From Anaeromyxobacter sp. (GTDB lineage: Bacteria; Myxococcota; Myxococcia; Myxococcales; Anaeromyxobacteraceae), in the NCBI GenBank assembly GCA_049840735.1, contig JASGJN010000020.1, positions 416,001 to 480,000 on the forward strand: a stretch of 64,000 bases of DNA. The letters are read 5' to 3'. The position numbers and the translations under genes are program-made. Below, piece after piece: positions 1-13,231 of the stretch (position 1 is its first letter; every line of letters starts with the position of its first letter). Under the pieces are notes generated by a model that was not told the origin of the DNA, ran no database searches, and saw only the letters and a program-made list of their open reading frames with translations.

Positions 1-859
1 CGTTGTCGCCGTGCCGGACCGCCTCCGGCGCCCGGGCCGTCTCCAGGCCGCGCAGCTCGGTCACCGCCGCGTTGAAGGCGCCCGCCTCCTGCACCCGCCA
101 GGCCGCGCCCAGGCGGCCCCAGGGCGCCAGCACGGGATCGACCTGCCCGGCGCCGGCGGCGCCCAGCGCGTCACCGCTGGTGAACCAGGCGGCGGGCGGC
201 GCCCCCGGGGCCGGGGGGATGAGCTGGAAGTAGGCCAGCTGGGAGAGCAGCTGCAGGCGCGGCCGCCCCGCGGGGGAGGAGGCCGAGGCCAGCTCCGCCT
301 CCAGGCCCGGCGAGCCCTCCGGCAGGACGCTGTTCTTGAGGCGGTGGTAGAGCAGCAGCCGCTCGTACAGGTTGGCGGCGGCGCTCTCGAAGCGGGTGCG
401 CTCCTGGGCGTTCTTGTGCTGCGCCTTCTGCCCCTGCTCCTCGAGCTGCTCGAGGTGCGGGCGGAGGTCCTCGAAGGTGTAGTAGCGGCTCTTCGCCAGC
501 TCCTTGCCCATCAGCCCCAGCACCTCGGGGTCGTCGATGACGAAGATGGGCTGCCGGTCGGCGCGATCGGGCCGGAAGAAGACGTCGAGGATCCAGGCGT
601 CGGGGCCGATGGAGCGCGCCTCGCGCGGCCCCTCCGGCCCGTCCTCGTCGAAGCGGAACGTCTGCTGGCTGCGGATCATGAGCAGCGCGTTGCGCGCCAC
701 CGTGTCCACCGGCTTGACGCGCCCGCCCTGCTGCACCGGCAGGTGCCCGAAGGCCTCCACGTCGAAGCCGTCCACGGGGCGCGCCGGGCGCGCCGCGTAC
801 GCGACGGCGCCCAGCGACACCACCGCCACCGCCCAGGGCGCGAGCTTGGTCAGGTTCAC
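1..859 (-). CDS. ccsA: Cytochrome c biogenesis protein, CcsA/ResC-type (N-terminal part, runs off window edge)
   Basis: Not in the ORF track. Manual translation from GTG at 859 gives MNLTKLAPWAVAVVSLG...FGHLPVQQGGRVKPVDTVARNAL, a GRxKPxDT motif typical of large CcsA-type proteins. Starts 2 nt after the stop of the ResB-like gene. Confidence 0.75.
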   Translation of the reverse strand, partial: MNLTKLAPWAVAVVSLGAVAYAARPARPVDGFDVEAFGHLPVQQGGRVKPVDTVARNALLMIRSQQTFRFDEDGPEGPREARSIGPDAWILDVFFRPDRADRQPIFVIDDPEVLGLMGKELAKSRYYTFEDLRPHLEQLEEQGQKAQHKNAQERTRFESAAANLYERLLLYHRLKNSVLPEGSPGLEAELASASSPAGRPRLQLLSQLAYFQLIPPAPGAPPAAWFTSGDALGAAGAGQVDPVLAPWGRLGAAWRVQEAGAFNAAVTELRGLETARAPEAVRHGDN

Positions 860-861
860 GG

Positions 862-2067
862 TCAGGCCTCCAGCGCAGGGGTCGAGGAAGTGGGCGCGGC
901 CGCCGGGGCGGCGCGGCCGGCGCCCTGGCGGCGCAGGGCCCGCCGGAGCGAGATGCCGAAGTGGACCAGCAGCCCGAGCGTCACCAGCACGCAGGAGACG
1001 TAGGGCAGGAGCCAGCCCGGGTTCTCCACCACCTGCAGGATGGAGAGCGTGTCGCCCTTGCCGAAGGAGGCCTGGTAGAAGGCCTTCCCGGCGTAGCGGA
1101 GCGGCTGGTTCATGTAGATGAGCACGTCGCGGGACTCGCCGGAGCCGGGGTTCTGCAGGTGGACCAGCGAGGAGAAGTTCTTGGGGGTGTCGGTGCCGGG
1201 GTAGACGTCGTGCTTGAAGTCGCGCAGCGTCATGGTGAAGGGCAGGTACTCGCGCTGCGACCGGAGCGTCAGCTGGTAGGTGTGCCCCTCGTGGACGAAG
1301 GACTGGGGCGCGCCCAGCGCGTTCGAGACCAGCCAGGTGCCGTAGCTGCGCCCGTCCGCGACCGGCTCCACCAGCGCCGCCGAGTCGTTCATCCGGTCGT
1401 CGGTGGTGACCGGGGGCGCCTCCTCGATGGCGAGCTGCGTCCCCACGCCGGCGGTGGCCGCCGGGGTCAGGCCCGGCTGGAGGTTGAAGAGGCTCGCGTT
1501 CTGGTACCAGCGGTGGACGCGCAGCGTGAGGGGCGTGCCCGGGATGGCCACGTCGCCCTCGCGGGAGAGCGTCCGCTCCGGCACCCCGTACACGTCGTCC
1601 AGGGCCGGATCGGTCGAGTCGATCAGCGCCAGCTCCACCTTGCGCGGGCTCTCCACGAAGTTGGTGGTCTGCCCCTCCTCGAAGATCAGCTGGTGCTCCT
1701 CCTGGAACATGCCGGTCACGAACTCGCCCGCCACCAGCAGGATCAGGCCGGCGTGGACGATCCAGATGCCGGCCTTCTTCGCGGAGAGCTCCAGCCGGCG
1801 CAGCTGGGCCGAGATCAGGTTCAGGCCCAGGACCAGGCCGGCCAGCGCGCCGCCCGGGAAGATGGGCAGCGAGACCACCGTCCCCGGCAGCTCCCACCAG
1901 ACCAGCCAGCTGCGCATGTAGCGCTCCACCGAGGCCCAGGTGCCGAGGTGGACCTGCGCCAGCGTGCAGGCCACCACCAGCGCCATCAGGGCGGCCAGGC
2001 AGACGATGGTCAGCTTGAGCGAGGTGAGCGCGTCCCAGAGGCGCGAGACGATGGTCTTCTCACTCAT
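862..2067 (-). CDS. ResB/CcsB-like cytochrome c biogenesis protein
   Basis: N-terminal TM helices (SLKLTIVCL, IVHAGLILL), then F..D.YPGT..PKNFSS, IYMNQPLRYAG..FYQASF and a C-terminal NPGW.LPY TM segment. Confidence 0.85.
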   Translation of the reverse strand: MSEKTIVSRLWDALTSLKLTIVCLAALMALVVACTLAQVHLGTWASVERYMRSWLVWWELPGTVVSLPIFPGGALAGLVLGLNLISAQLRRLELSAKKAGIWIVHAGLILLVAGEFVTGMFQEEHQLIFEEGQTTNFVESPRKVELALIDSTDPALDDVYGVPERTLSREGDVAIPGTPLTLRVHRWYQNASLFNLQPGLTPAATAGVGTQLAIEEAPPVTTDDRMNDSAALVEPVADGRSYGTWLVSNALGAPQSFVHEGHTYQLTLRSQREYLPFTMTLRDFKHDVYPGTDTPKNFSSLVHLQNPGSGESRDVLIYMNQPLRYAGKAFYQASFGKGDTLSILQVVENPGWLLPYVSCVLVTLGLLVHFGISLRRALRRQGAGRAAPAAAPTSSTPALEA

Positions 2068-2696
2068 GGCGAAGGCTCCCGAGCAGCTCGAGGAAGGCGG
2101 GGCGCGCGGCGGCCACCGGCCCCTCCTCCCCGCTCAGCTTGATGAACCAGCTCTGCCCGTCCACCAGGGCGAACCCAGCCACGGTGCGGCTGCGCTGCTG
2201 CCCCTCGGAGGTGAAGTCGTAGAGCGTGACCGGCCCCGCGCCGGACTTCACCGTGCGCCGCAGCGGGGCCAGCCCGGCCTCGTCGAGCGGCGGCAGCCCG
2301 ATTCTGGTTCCGCCAGCGGTTCACGTTGGCCAGCTCGCCGCCGGCCGCGCCGGAGAGCACCACCACCGAGACGTCCACCTTCCCCGGCACCGCCGGCTTC
2401 AGGGTGGCGAAGCGCATGCCGCCCCCGCCGCGCGCCTCGGTCCAGCCCTGCGGCAGGGACCAGCGCAGGCCGCCCTCGACCGGCGGCGGCGGTGGGACGT
2501 CGCCCTGCATCCCGGGCGGCGCGCCGGTCATGGCGGCCGGCATGGCCAGGGGCTGCGCCCGCTCCCGCGGGACGCGGAAGTGCGTGACGCCGTCGCGGTC
2601 GCAGCCGGCCAGCATCGACGCGGCCAGCAGCGCAGCCAGCGCTGCGGCGGAGGGGAAGGCGCGGGCCGGGTCGGGCCGCTTCGCTGCCAGGTTCAT
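2060..2696 (-). CDS. Conserved hypothetical lipoprotein (ANVNRWR.Q family) upstream of ccs genes; one frameshift at ~2302
   Basis: Lipobox LAGC and motif W.LP.GW...MRFAT...ANVNRWRNQ. Removing one base at GATTC (2300-2304) gives QIGLPPLDE and joins to ...WFIKLSG...LRHE*, which overlaps the next start codon. Confidence 0.7.
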
Positions 2697-2847
2697 CGAG
2701 CTCCTCGGGTGTGACGCACGGAGGCTGGGAACGGGAAGGCGGGGGTCCTCGACGGCTTTCGAGACTATGAATCGATAGCCGATTCCTGACAGCTCACCGC
2801 AGCCCCTTCCGGTTCGCCCCATCGGGCCCCGCAAGTATGCCCCGCAC

Positions 2848-2861
2848 CTGATTTTGATCAA
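2848..2861. promoter_or_regulatory. FNR/CRP-family box (TTGAT-CAAA-ATCAG on minus strand)
   Basis: 9/10 match to TTGAT-N4-ATCAA. AT-rich site ~150 nt upstream of the cytochrome c biogenesis operon. Confidence 0.55.
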
Positions 2862-3028
2862 CCCACAGGTGGGGATATTCATGCCCCGGGAATGCGCCGA
2901 CGGGGCTCAACCCACTGCGATCATTGGAATCGAGCGCGCAGCCGCTCGGCGGCAAGCCCCAAGAGGCGCCACACGGATGAGAGATTTCTCAGCGATTTCC
3001 GGTGCTTGGACTACGCGGTGACACCGCG

Positions 3029-4198
3029 CTACTCCACCAGCAGCGTCCCGTCCCCCGCCAGCAGCGCGGCGCCGCGGGCGACGGCGGTCTGCGGATCCTC
3101 CTCCACCACGCAGGGGCGGGCGAAGGCCTGCGCCACGCCGGTGCGCACCTGCGGCACGTAGGTGGTGCCGCCGATGAGCAGCACCGCCCCCAGCTGCGCC
3201 GCATCGGTGAGGCCGGCCTCGGACACGGTCTGCGCCGCCGCGGCGATGGAGCGGTCCACCAGCTCGGCCCAGTGCGGGGCCAGGTGCTCGCGCCGGACCA
3301 GGTAGTCGAGGTGCTGGGTGCGGCCGCCCATGGTGAAGGCGTCGCGGACCTGCAGCCGCGCCTCGAGCGAGGCCGAGAGCGCGCGCTTGGCCAGCTCGCA
3401 CTGGCGCTGGATGCGATCCCAGACCACCGCGTCGCGGGTCACGTCGATGCCGTGCAGCCGGTAGATGCCGCTCGCCATCCAGCGCGCGAAGGCGCCGTCG
3501 AAGTCGTCGCCGCCCAGGCAGTCGTCGCCGCCGGCCGAGAGGACCCGCAGCCGCGGGCCGTCGCGCTGCACCACCGAGGCGTCGAGCGTGCCGCCGCCGA
3601 AGTCGTAGACCAGCACCGGCGCCGGTCCCACCCCGGGGCCGCCGAACCCGCGCGCGACCGCGCCGGCGCTGGGCTCCGAGACGATCCGGATCACCTCCAG
3701 CCCGGCCATCCTGCCGCATCGGACCATGGCGTCGCGGACCGCCTGGTTGGCCTTCACCGGGACGGTCATGACCGCCTTGCCGATGCGCCGCCCGAAGCGC
3801 AGCTCCGCGCGCTCCCGCAGGTAGCGCAGGATGAGCGAGGCCACCTCGGTGGCCGTGTACTCGCCGGTGCGGACCACCACCGCGGCCTCGGGGTGGCCGG
3901 GCTGGGACTTGATGCGGAAGGCCGCAGCGGCGTCCAGCAGGCGCGCCGCGGGGGAGTCCGCGCCGCGGCCCAGGATGCGCTTGATGCCCTGCACGGTGTT
4001 CTGGGGATCGGCGGAGCGCTGGCGCACCGCGTCCGACCCGACGAGCGGCGGACCGCTCTTCGGGAAGTGCACGACGCTGGGGATCGACGCCTCGCCCCGC
4101 CCGTCGAGGGCGAAGTGGATCCGGCCATCGATCACGGCCGCGGCGGTCGAATAGGTGGTCCCGAGGTCGATGCCGAGGACCAGCTCCTGGGAAGTCAA
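3029..4198 (-). CDS. Hsp70-family protein, nucleotide-binding domain only (389 aa)
   Basis: GIDLGTT, IKRILGR, EPSAGA, DFGGGTLD, GGDDFD, GGTTYVP and AVARGAA motifs. TTG start follows AAGGAG. No substrate-binding domain. Confidence 0.85.
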   Translation of the reverse strand: MTSQELVLGIDLGTTYSTAAAVIDGRIHFALDGRGEASIPSVVHFPKSGPPLVGSDAVRQRSADPQNTVQGIKRILGRGADSPAARLLDAAAAFRIKSQPGHPEAAVVVRTGEYTATEVASLILRYLRERAELRFGRRIGKAVMTVPVKANQAVRDAMVRCGRMAGLEVIRIVSEPSAGAVARGFGGPGVGPAPVLVYDFGGGTLDASVVQRDGPRLRVLSAGGDDCLGGDDFDGAFARWMASGIYRLHGIDVTRDAVVWDRIQRQCELAKRALSASLEARLQVRDAFTMGGRTQHLDYLVRREHLAPHWAELVDRSIAAAAQTVSEAGLTDAAQLGAVLLIGGTTYVPQVRTGVAQAFARPCVVEEDPQTAVARGAALLAGDGTLLVE

Positions 4199-4310
4199 CG
4201 CCACTCCTTGCCGCTCTCCGGGGGGGCGCCTCCCGCGATTTCTCGCCGCGCCCGCTGCATGAAACGCGCGGATCCAGTATCTCTGTTCCCTTGCCCAACG
4301 GGAAGACCGC

Positions 4311-5384
4311 ATGCAGCAGACCGAGAACCTGAACGTCGTCGCCGTCGATGTCATGCCTTCGCCTGACGAGGTGAAGGCGCGTGTCCCACTCACCGAGCGT
4401 GCAGCCCGGACCGTCCTGGAGGGCCGCCGGGCCCTGGAGGCCGTGCTCGACGGCCGCGACCGCCGGCTCTTCGTGGTGGTGGGCCCCTGCTCCATCCACG
4501 ACCCGGTGGCCGGCCTGGACTACGCCCGCCGGCTCCGGGGGCTGGCCGAGGAGGTGTCGGATACGCTCCTCCTCGTCATGCGGGTGTACTTCGAGAAGCC
4601 GCGCACCTCGGTCGGCTGGAAGGGGTTCATCAACGACCCCCGCATGGACGACTCCTTCCGCATCGACGAGGGGATGGAGCGCGCGCGCCAGTTCCTGCTC
4701 GACGTCAACGAGCTGGGGCTGCCGGCCGCCACCGAGGCGCTCGACCCAATCGCGCCGCAGTACTACGGCGACCTCATCTCCTGGACCGCCATCGGCGCCC
4801 GCACGTCGGAGTCCCAGACCCACCGCGAGATGTCCTCCGGCCTCTCCTCGCCGGTGGGCTTCAAGAACGGCACCGACGGCGACCTGGACGCCGCCGTCAA
4901 CGCCATCCTCTCCGCGCAGCAGCCGCACGCTTTCCTGGGCATCAACGGCCAGGGGCGCGGGGCCGTGATCCGCACCCGCGGCAACCGCTACGGCCACGTG
5001 GTCCTGCGCGGCGGCGGCGGGCGCCCCAACTACGACACCGTCTCCATCTCGCTGGCGGAGGAGGCCCTGACGCGGGCCAAGCTCCCGCGCAACGTGGTGG
5101 TGGACTGCTCCCACGCCAACTCCTGGAAGAAGCCGGAGCTGCAGCCGCTGGTGATGCGCGACGTGATCCACCAGATCCGCGAGGGGAACCGGTCGCTGGT
5201 GGGTTTGATGGTGGAGAGCTTCCTCGAGGCCGGCAGCCAGCCGCTGCCCGCCGACCGCACGCAGCTGCGCTACGGCTGCTCCATCACCGACGCCTGCGTC
5301 GGCTGGGACACCACGGTGGAGATGATCCGCGGCGCCGCCGACGTGCTGCGCCCCATCCTGCCCGGGCGCGAGCGGAGGCCGTAG
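4311..5384 (+). CDS. aroG: 3-deoxy-7-phosphoheptulonate (DAHP) synthase, class I-alpha (AroF/G/H type)
   Basis: VVGPCSIHD, MRVYFEKPRT, IGARTSESQTHRE, GFKNGTDG, DCSHANS, SITDAC. Confidence 0.95.
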   Translation: MQQTENLNVVAVDVMPSPDEVKARVPLTERAARTVLEGRRALEAVLDGRDRRLFVVVGPCSIHDPVAGLDYARRLRGLAEEVSDTLLLVMRVYFEKPRTSVGWKGFINDPRMDDSFRIDEGMERARQFLLDVNELGLPAATEALDPIAPQYYGDLISWTAIGARTSESQTHREMSSGLSSPVGFKNGTDGDLDAAVNAILSAQQPHAFLGINGQGRGAVIRTRGNRYGHVVLRGGGGRPNYDTVSISLAEEALTRAKLPRNVVVDCSHANSWKKPELQPLVMRDVIHQIREGNRSLVGLMVESFLEAGSQPLPADRTQLRYGCSITDACVGWDTTVEMIRGAADVLRPILPGRERRP

Positions 5385-5418
5385 CGGGGCAGGCAGCCGG
5401 GCTTTCCTCGGCCCCTGG

Positions 5419-5551
5419 CCTTCGACTCCGTTCACCCTCGGGCGTAGCGCCCGCGCAGCGGGCGCGGAGTCGAAGGGCTCAGGCCGAACGGACCCGAACC
5501 AACCGTTCGCCCTGAGCGTAGCCGCGGCGGCGCCGCGGCGAAGTCGAAGGG
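5419..5551. repeat. Composite REP-like palindromic element between convergent genes
   Basis: CCTTCGACTCCG (5419-5430) pairs with CGGAGTCGAAGG (5465-5476). CTCAGGCCGAACGG is near-complementary to CCGTTCGCCCTGAG. Two units have the form CCGTTC.CCCT..GCGTA-[hairpin]-G.AGTCGAAGGG. Confidence 0.75.
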
Positions 5552-5565
5552 CAGGGCCGGAGCGG

Positions 5566-5587
5566 CCCTGCCCTGCCCTGCCCTGCC

Positions 5588-5588
<1 letters not shown>
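5566..5588. repeat. (CCCTG)n microsatellite
   Basis: Four or more tandem CCCTG units abut the glgB stop codon. Confidence 0.8.
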
Positions 5589-7516
<1,928 letters not shown>

Positions 7517-7829
7517 GGACCACACCCATAGCACCGTCCCGGCGGCGAGGCGTGCGCGGAGCGCGGCCCTCCCCGTCCCTGGCCGCGGGGACGGCGAGGC
7601 GCCCTCTCGCCCCGTGAACGGGTGAACGCCCTCCCGACCCCGCCGGTCAGCTCCGACCCGCCGCGCAAGGCCTGGCAGATACGTCTCCAGGCGGCCCGAT
7701 CCCCCCATACCGAGGGTGTCCGCAGCCCCAGGCCCCGGAGCGGGGCCGATATCGCGCAACCCTGCGATGACACTGTGGGTTGCTGCTCCGGCGACGCGCT
7801 GGCCCGGCCCTCGCTCATGGGCGGCGGGC

Positions 7830-8497
7830 ATGAACGGAACGCAACGACTGCTCGCCGCCGCACTCGCGCTGGCCGCCGCCTGCTGCGCCGTCCTGGGCCC
7901 GTCCGGCGAGAACCGCCTCGGCCTCCACGCTCCGCGCCACGCTCCACCGCGCCGAGCCGGGCCGGGCCGCGCCGCCCTGGCTGGAAGACCTGGTCTGCGC
8001 CCGCGCCGCGGCGCTGGGCGAGCGGTGCACCGCGCTGGCCTCCGCCATCGCCGAGGAGGCCGCCGCCGCGCAGCTCGAATCCGGCCCGCGTGCTGGCCAT
8101 CATCGAGGTCGAGTCCGGCTGGGACGCCGGCGCGGTCTCGAGCAAGGACGCGCGCGGCCTGATGCAGCTGCGGCGGCCGGCGCTGGACGGCGAGGCGGCC
8201 GGCGCCGCCCTGCCCTCCGCCGATGCGCACAATCCGCTGGTGAACGTCCGGGCCGGCGTCCGCTACTACGCGCGGCTGGTCCGCCGCTTCCAGGATCCCG
8301 AGCTGGCGCTCATCGCCTACAACGCGGGCCCGGAGCGGCTGGCCGGCTACCTCCTGGCCGAGCAGGGCGTGCCGGAGCGGTTCTGGGAGTACCCGCGCCG
8401 CGTCCACCGCGAGGAGCGGCGGCTGCGGACGCGGCTCGACGGCGCCCGCCCCCGGCCGCGGGTGGCGCTGGCCGGGGAGGCGGCGCGGGCGCTCTGA
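7830..8497 (+). CDS. Lytic transglycosylase (SLT domain); two frameshifts (~7911, ~8078)
   Basis: Signal/anchor [14 protein letters not shown], then AIIEVES, ARGLMQL and AYNAGP. Frame is restored by removing one A at GAGAACC and one at GAATC. Confidence 0.8.
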
Positions 8498-8530
8498 GGG
8501 ATCGCGACCGCCCTGATCACGACCGGTCGC

Positions 8531-9646
8531 TCACCCGATCAGCGCCTTGGGGTCGCGGTACGGCAGCCCCAGGCTCTCCGCCACCGGCGCGCAGGTGATT
8601 TGCCCGGCGCAGGTGTTGAGGCCGGCCAGGAAGCCCGGGTCGGAGCCGAGCGCGGCGCGCAGCCCCTGGCTGGCCAGCTTGAGCGCGTAGGGGAGCGTGG
8701 CGTTGGTGAGCGCCAGCGTGGAGGTGCGCGGCAGCGCCCCCGGCATGTTGGCCACGGCGTAGTGGAGCACGCCGTCCACGAAGTAGACCGGATCGGCGTG
8801 GGTGGTGGGGCGGGTGGTCTCGACGCAGCCGCCCTGATCGACCGCCACGTCCACGATCACGCTGCCCGGCTTCATGCCCTTGAGCATCCGGCGGGTCACC
8901 AGCCGCGGCGCCGACGCGCCGGGGATGAGCACCGCGCCGATGACCAGGTCGGCGTGGGCCAGCGCGGCCTCGACGTGGGCCTCGTTGCTCCAGAGCGTCT
9001 CGATCCGGTTGCCGAAGATGTCGTCGAGGTAGCGCAGCGTGGGCAGGCTGCGGTCGAGCGCGGTGACGCGGGCGCCCATGCCGGCCGCGACCTTGATGGC
9101 GTTCATGCCCACCACGCCGGCGCCCAGCACCACCACGTGGGCCGGCGGCACGCCGGGCACGCCGCCCAGCAGCATGCCGCGTCCGCCGTTGGGCTGCTGC
9201 AGGTAGAACGCGCCCACGTGGGCGGCCATGCGCCCGGCCACCTCGGACATGGGCGTGAGCAGCGGCAGCCGGCCCGACACGTCCAGGATGGTCTCGTAGG
9301 CGATGCCGGTCACGCCGCGCTCGAGCAGCCCCTTCGCCTGGGCCGGGTCGGGCGCCAGGTGCAGGTAGGTGAACAGGATCTGCCCCTCGCGCAGCAGGGC
9401 GATCTCCGCCGGCTGCGGCTCCTTCACCTTGATGACCAGCTCCGCCTGCGCGAACACCTCCGCGGCGGGCGCCACGATCCGCGCGCCGACCTGGAGGTAC
9501 TCGGCGTCGGGGAACCCGCTCCGCTCGCCGGCGCCGGCCTCGACCAGCACCTCGTGGCCGGCCGACACCAGCGACCGGGCGCCGGCCGGGGTGAGGCCGA
9601 CGCGGTTCTCGTTGTTCTTGATCTCCTTGGGGCAGCCGACGCGCAT
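8531..9646 (-). CDS. ald: Alanine dehydrogenase
   Basis: [54 protein letters not shown]. Confidence 0.97.
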   Translation of the reverse strand: MRVGCPKEIKNNENRVGLTPAGARSLVSAGHEVLVEAGAGERSGFPDAEYLQVGARIVAPAAEVFAQAELVIKVKEPQPAEIALLREGQILFTYLHLAPDPAQAKGLLERGVTGIAYETILDVSGRLPLLTPMSEVAGRMAAHVGAFYLQQPNGGRGMLLGGVPGVPPAHVVVLGAGVVGMNAIKVAAGMGARVTALDRSLPTLRYLDDIFGNRIETLWSNEAHVEAALAHADLVIGAVLIPGASAPRLVTRRMLKGMKPGSVIVDVAVDQGGCVETTRPTTHADPVYFVDGVLHYAVANMPGALPRTSTLALTNATLPYALKLASQGLRAALGSDPGFLAGLNTCAGQITCAPVAESLGLPYRDPKALIG

Positions 9647-9797
9647 GGAGAGGCTCCGGAGGGCAGGCGGGTGAGGCAGCGGGCCTCTGCTAAGCCTGGC
9701 CCCCCGGCTTGTCCAGCCTTTCCCGGCCCCTACAGGTTTCTGCGGAGGGCCGGGGTGGTTCGACCGGCCACCTGCGGTCCCCAGGGCCCGGGCGCGC

Positions 9798-10754
9798 TCA
9801 AAACAGGAGCGGCGCCGACACCACCACCTGCAGCCCCCGGACGTCCTCGGTGAGCCCCACCGCCACGTCCAGCTGCAGGTCGGCGCGGCTGCTGGCCAGC
9901 GCGCCCACCCCGGCGCGCAGCCAGACCGCGGTGCGGGCGGTGTCGGCCACCGTGGCGTGCTCCAGCCGGACGTCCGGGCTCCAGGCGGCGTCCACGCCCA
10001 GCGAGAACGCCAGCGCGGGCGTGGCCGCCACGCTGGCCCCCAGCGCGCCGCCCACGGTCCAGCCAGGCTCGAGCCAGCCGGCCGAGGTCCAGCGCGACAC
10101 GCCATGGGCGCCGGTCCCGGCCACCCGCAGCGCCACCGGCGCCAGGGCCTGGACCAGCGCCACGGTCCCCCCGAACCGCTCGATCCCCTCCCCCAGCGCC
10201 ACCTCCGCCGGATCGGTGTCGAGCAGCGAAGCGCCGGTCCGCGCCTGCCAGAAGCCGGTCAGCAGCACGTCCGGGAAGGCCTGGCCCGCCACCGGGTTCC
10301 AGGAGAGCGCGGTCCGGACGTCGCCCAGGCCGCTCGCCTCCTGGCGCTCGCTCCCGGGCAGCCCAGTCAGCGTCTGGCGCAGCCACGCGAACGGCACGCG
10401 CACCTCGGCCTGCAGCCGCATGGGCAGCCCCAGCCGCGCGATCAAGGCGGCGGTCCCGCGATCGGAGTCCTGCTCCACCAGCGCCAGCCCACCCCCCGAC
10501 GGCGCGAGCGTGGTGCCCTGGTCGTGCGCGTAGCCCAGCTCCGGCGCCAGCTCCAGCCGCAGCGGCGGGAGCAGGAGGCCGCCCAGCTCCACCAGCTGGC
10601 GCTCCTGGGCGGTGGGCGGCCGCTCCAGGCCGGGCGGCAGCACCCGCGGCGCCCCGGCGCCCTGCTGGGCGCGCGCGACCGCGGGGGCGCTCCCCACGGC
10701 GAGGAGCAGCAGGGCGGCGATCGCGCGGGCGCTCACGCGGGAGAAGCTGGGCAT
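9798..10754 (-). CDS. Secreted putative outer-membrane beta-barrel/transporter
   Basis: Signal peptide, SGLGDV motif, alternating beta-strand pattern and C-terminal Phe. Confidence 0.5.
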   Translation of the reverse strand: MPSFSRVSARAIAALLLLAVGSAPAVARAQQGAGAPRVLPPGLERPPTAQERQLVELGGLLLPPLRLELAPELGYAHDQGTTLAPSGGGLALVEQDSDRGTAALIARLGLPMRLQAEVRVPFAWLRQTLTGLPGSERQEASGLGDVRTALSWNPVAGQAFPDVLLTGFWQARTGASLLDTDPAEVALGEGIERFGGTVALVQALAPVALRVAGTGAHGVSRWTSAGWLEPGWTVGGALGASVAATPALAFSLGVDAAWSPDVRLEHATVADTARTAVWLRAGVGALASSRADLQLDVAVGLTEDVRGLQVVVSAPLLF

Positions 10755-10942
10755 GGCGGGCGCGGCGAGGCCTGGCCCCTGGCTCGCCGGGACGGCAGGC
10801 CGGCGGTCGGGATCGCGGGGAGGACGTCCCTGGCCGCGTGCCCGATCGCCGAGCGGCGATTCGAGCCCTGGTCCCCAACCCCGGCGGCCCCCGCCGCGGC
10901 GGCCTCGTGGCCAGCTTGTGGCTTGCCGCCCCGGCGGCCGCC

Positions 10943-13177
<2,235 letters not shown>

Positions 13178-13231
13178 GCCCTGCGGGGCGACCAGCCCGG
13201 GGCCGCGCGCACCGCCCCAGGCGGCCCCACC

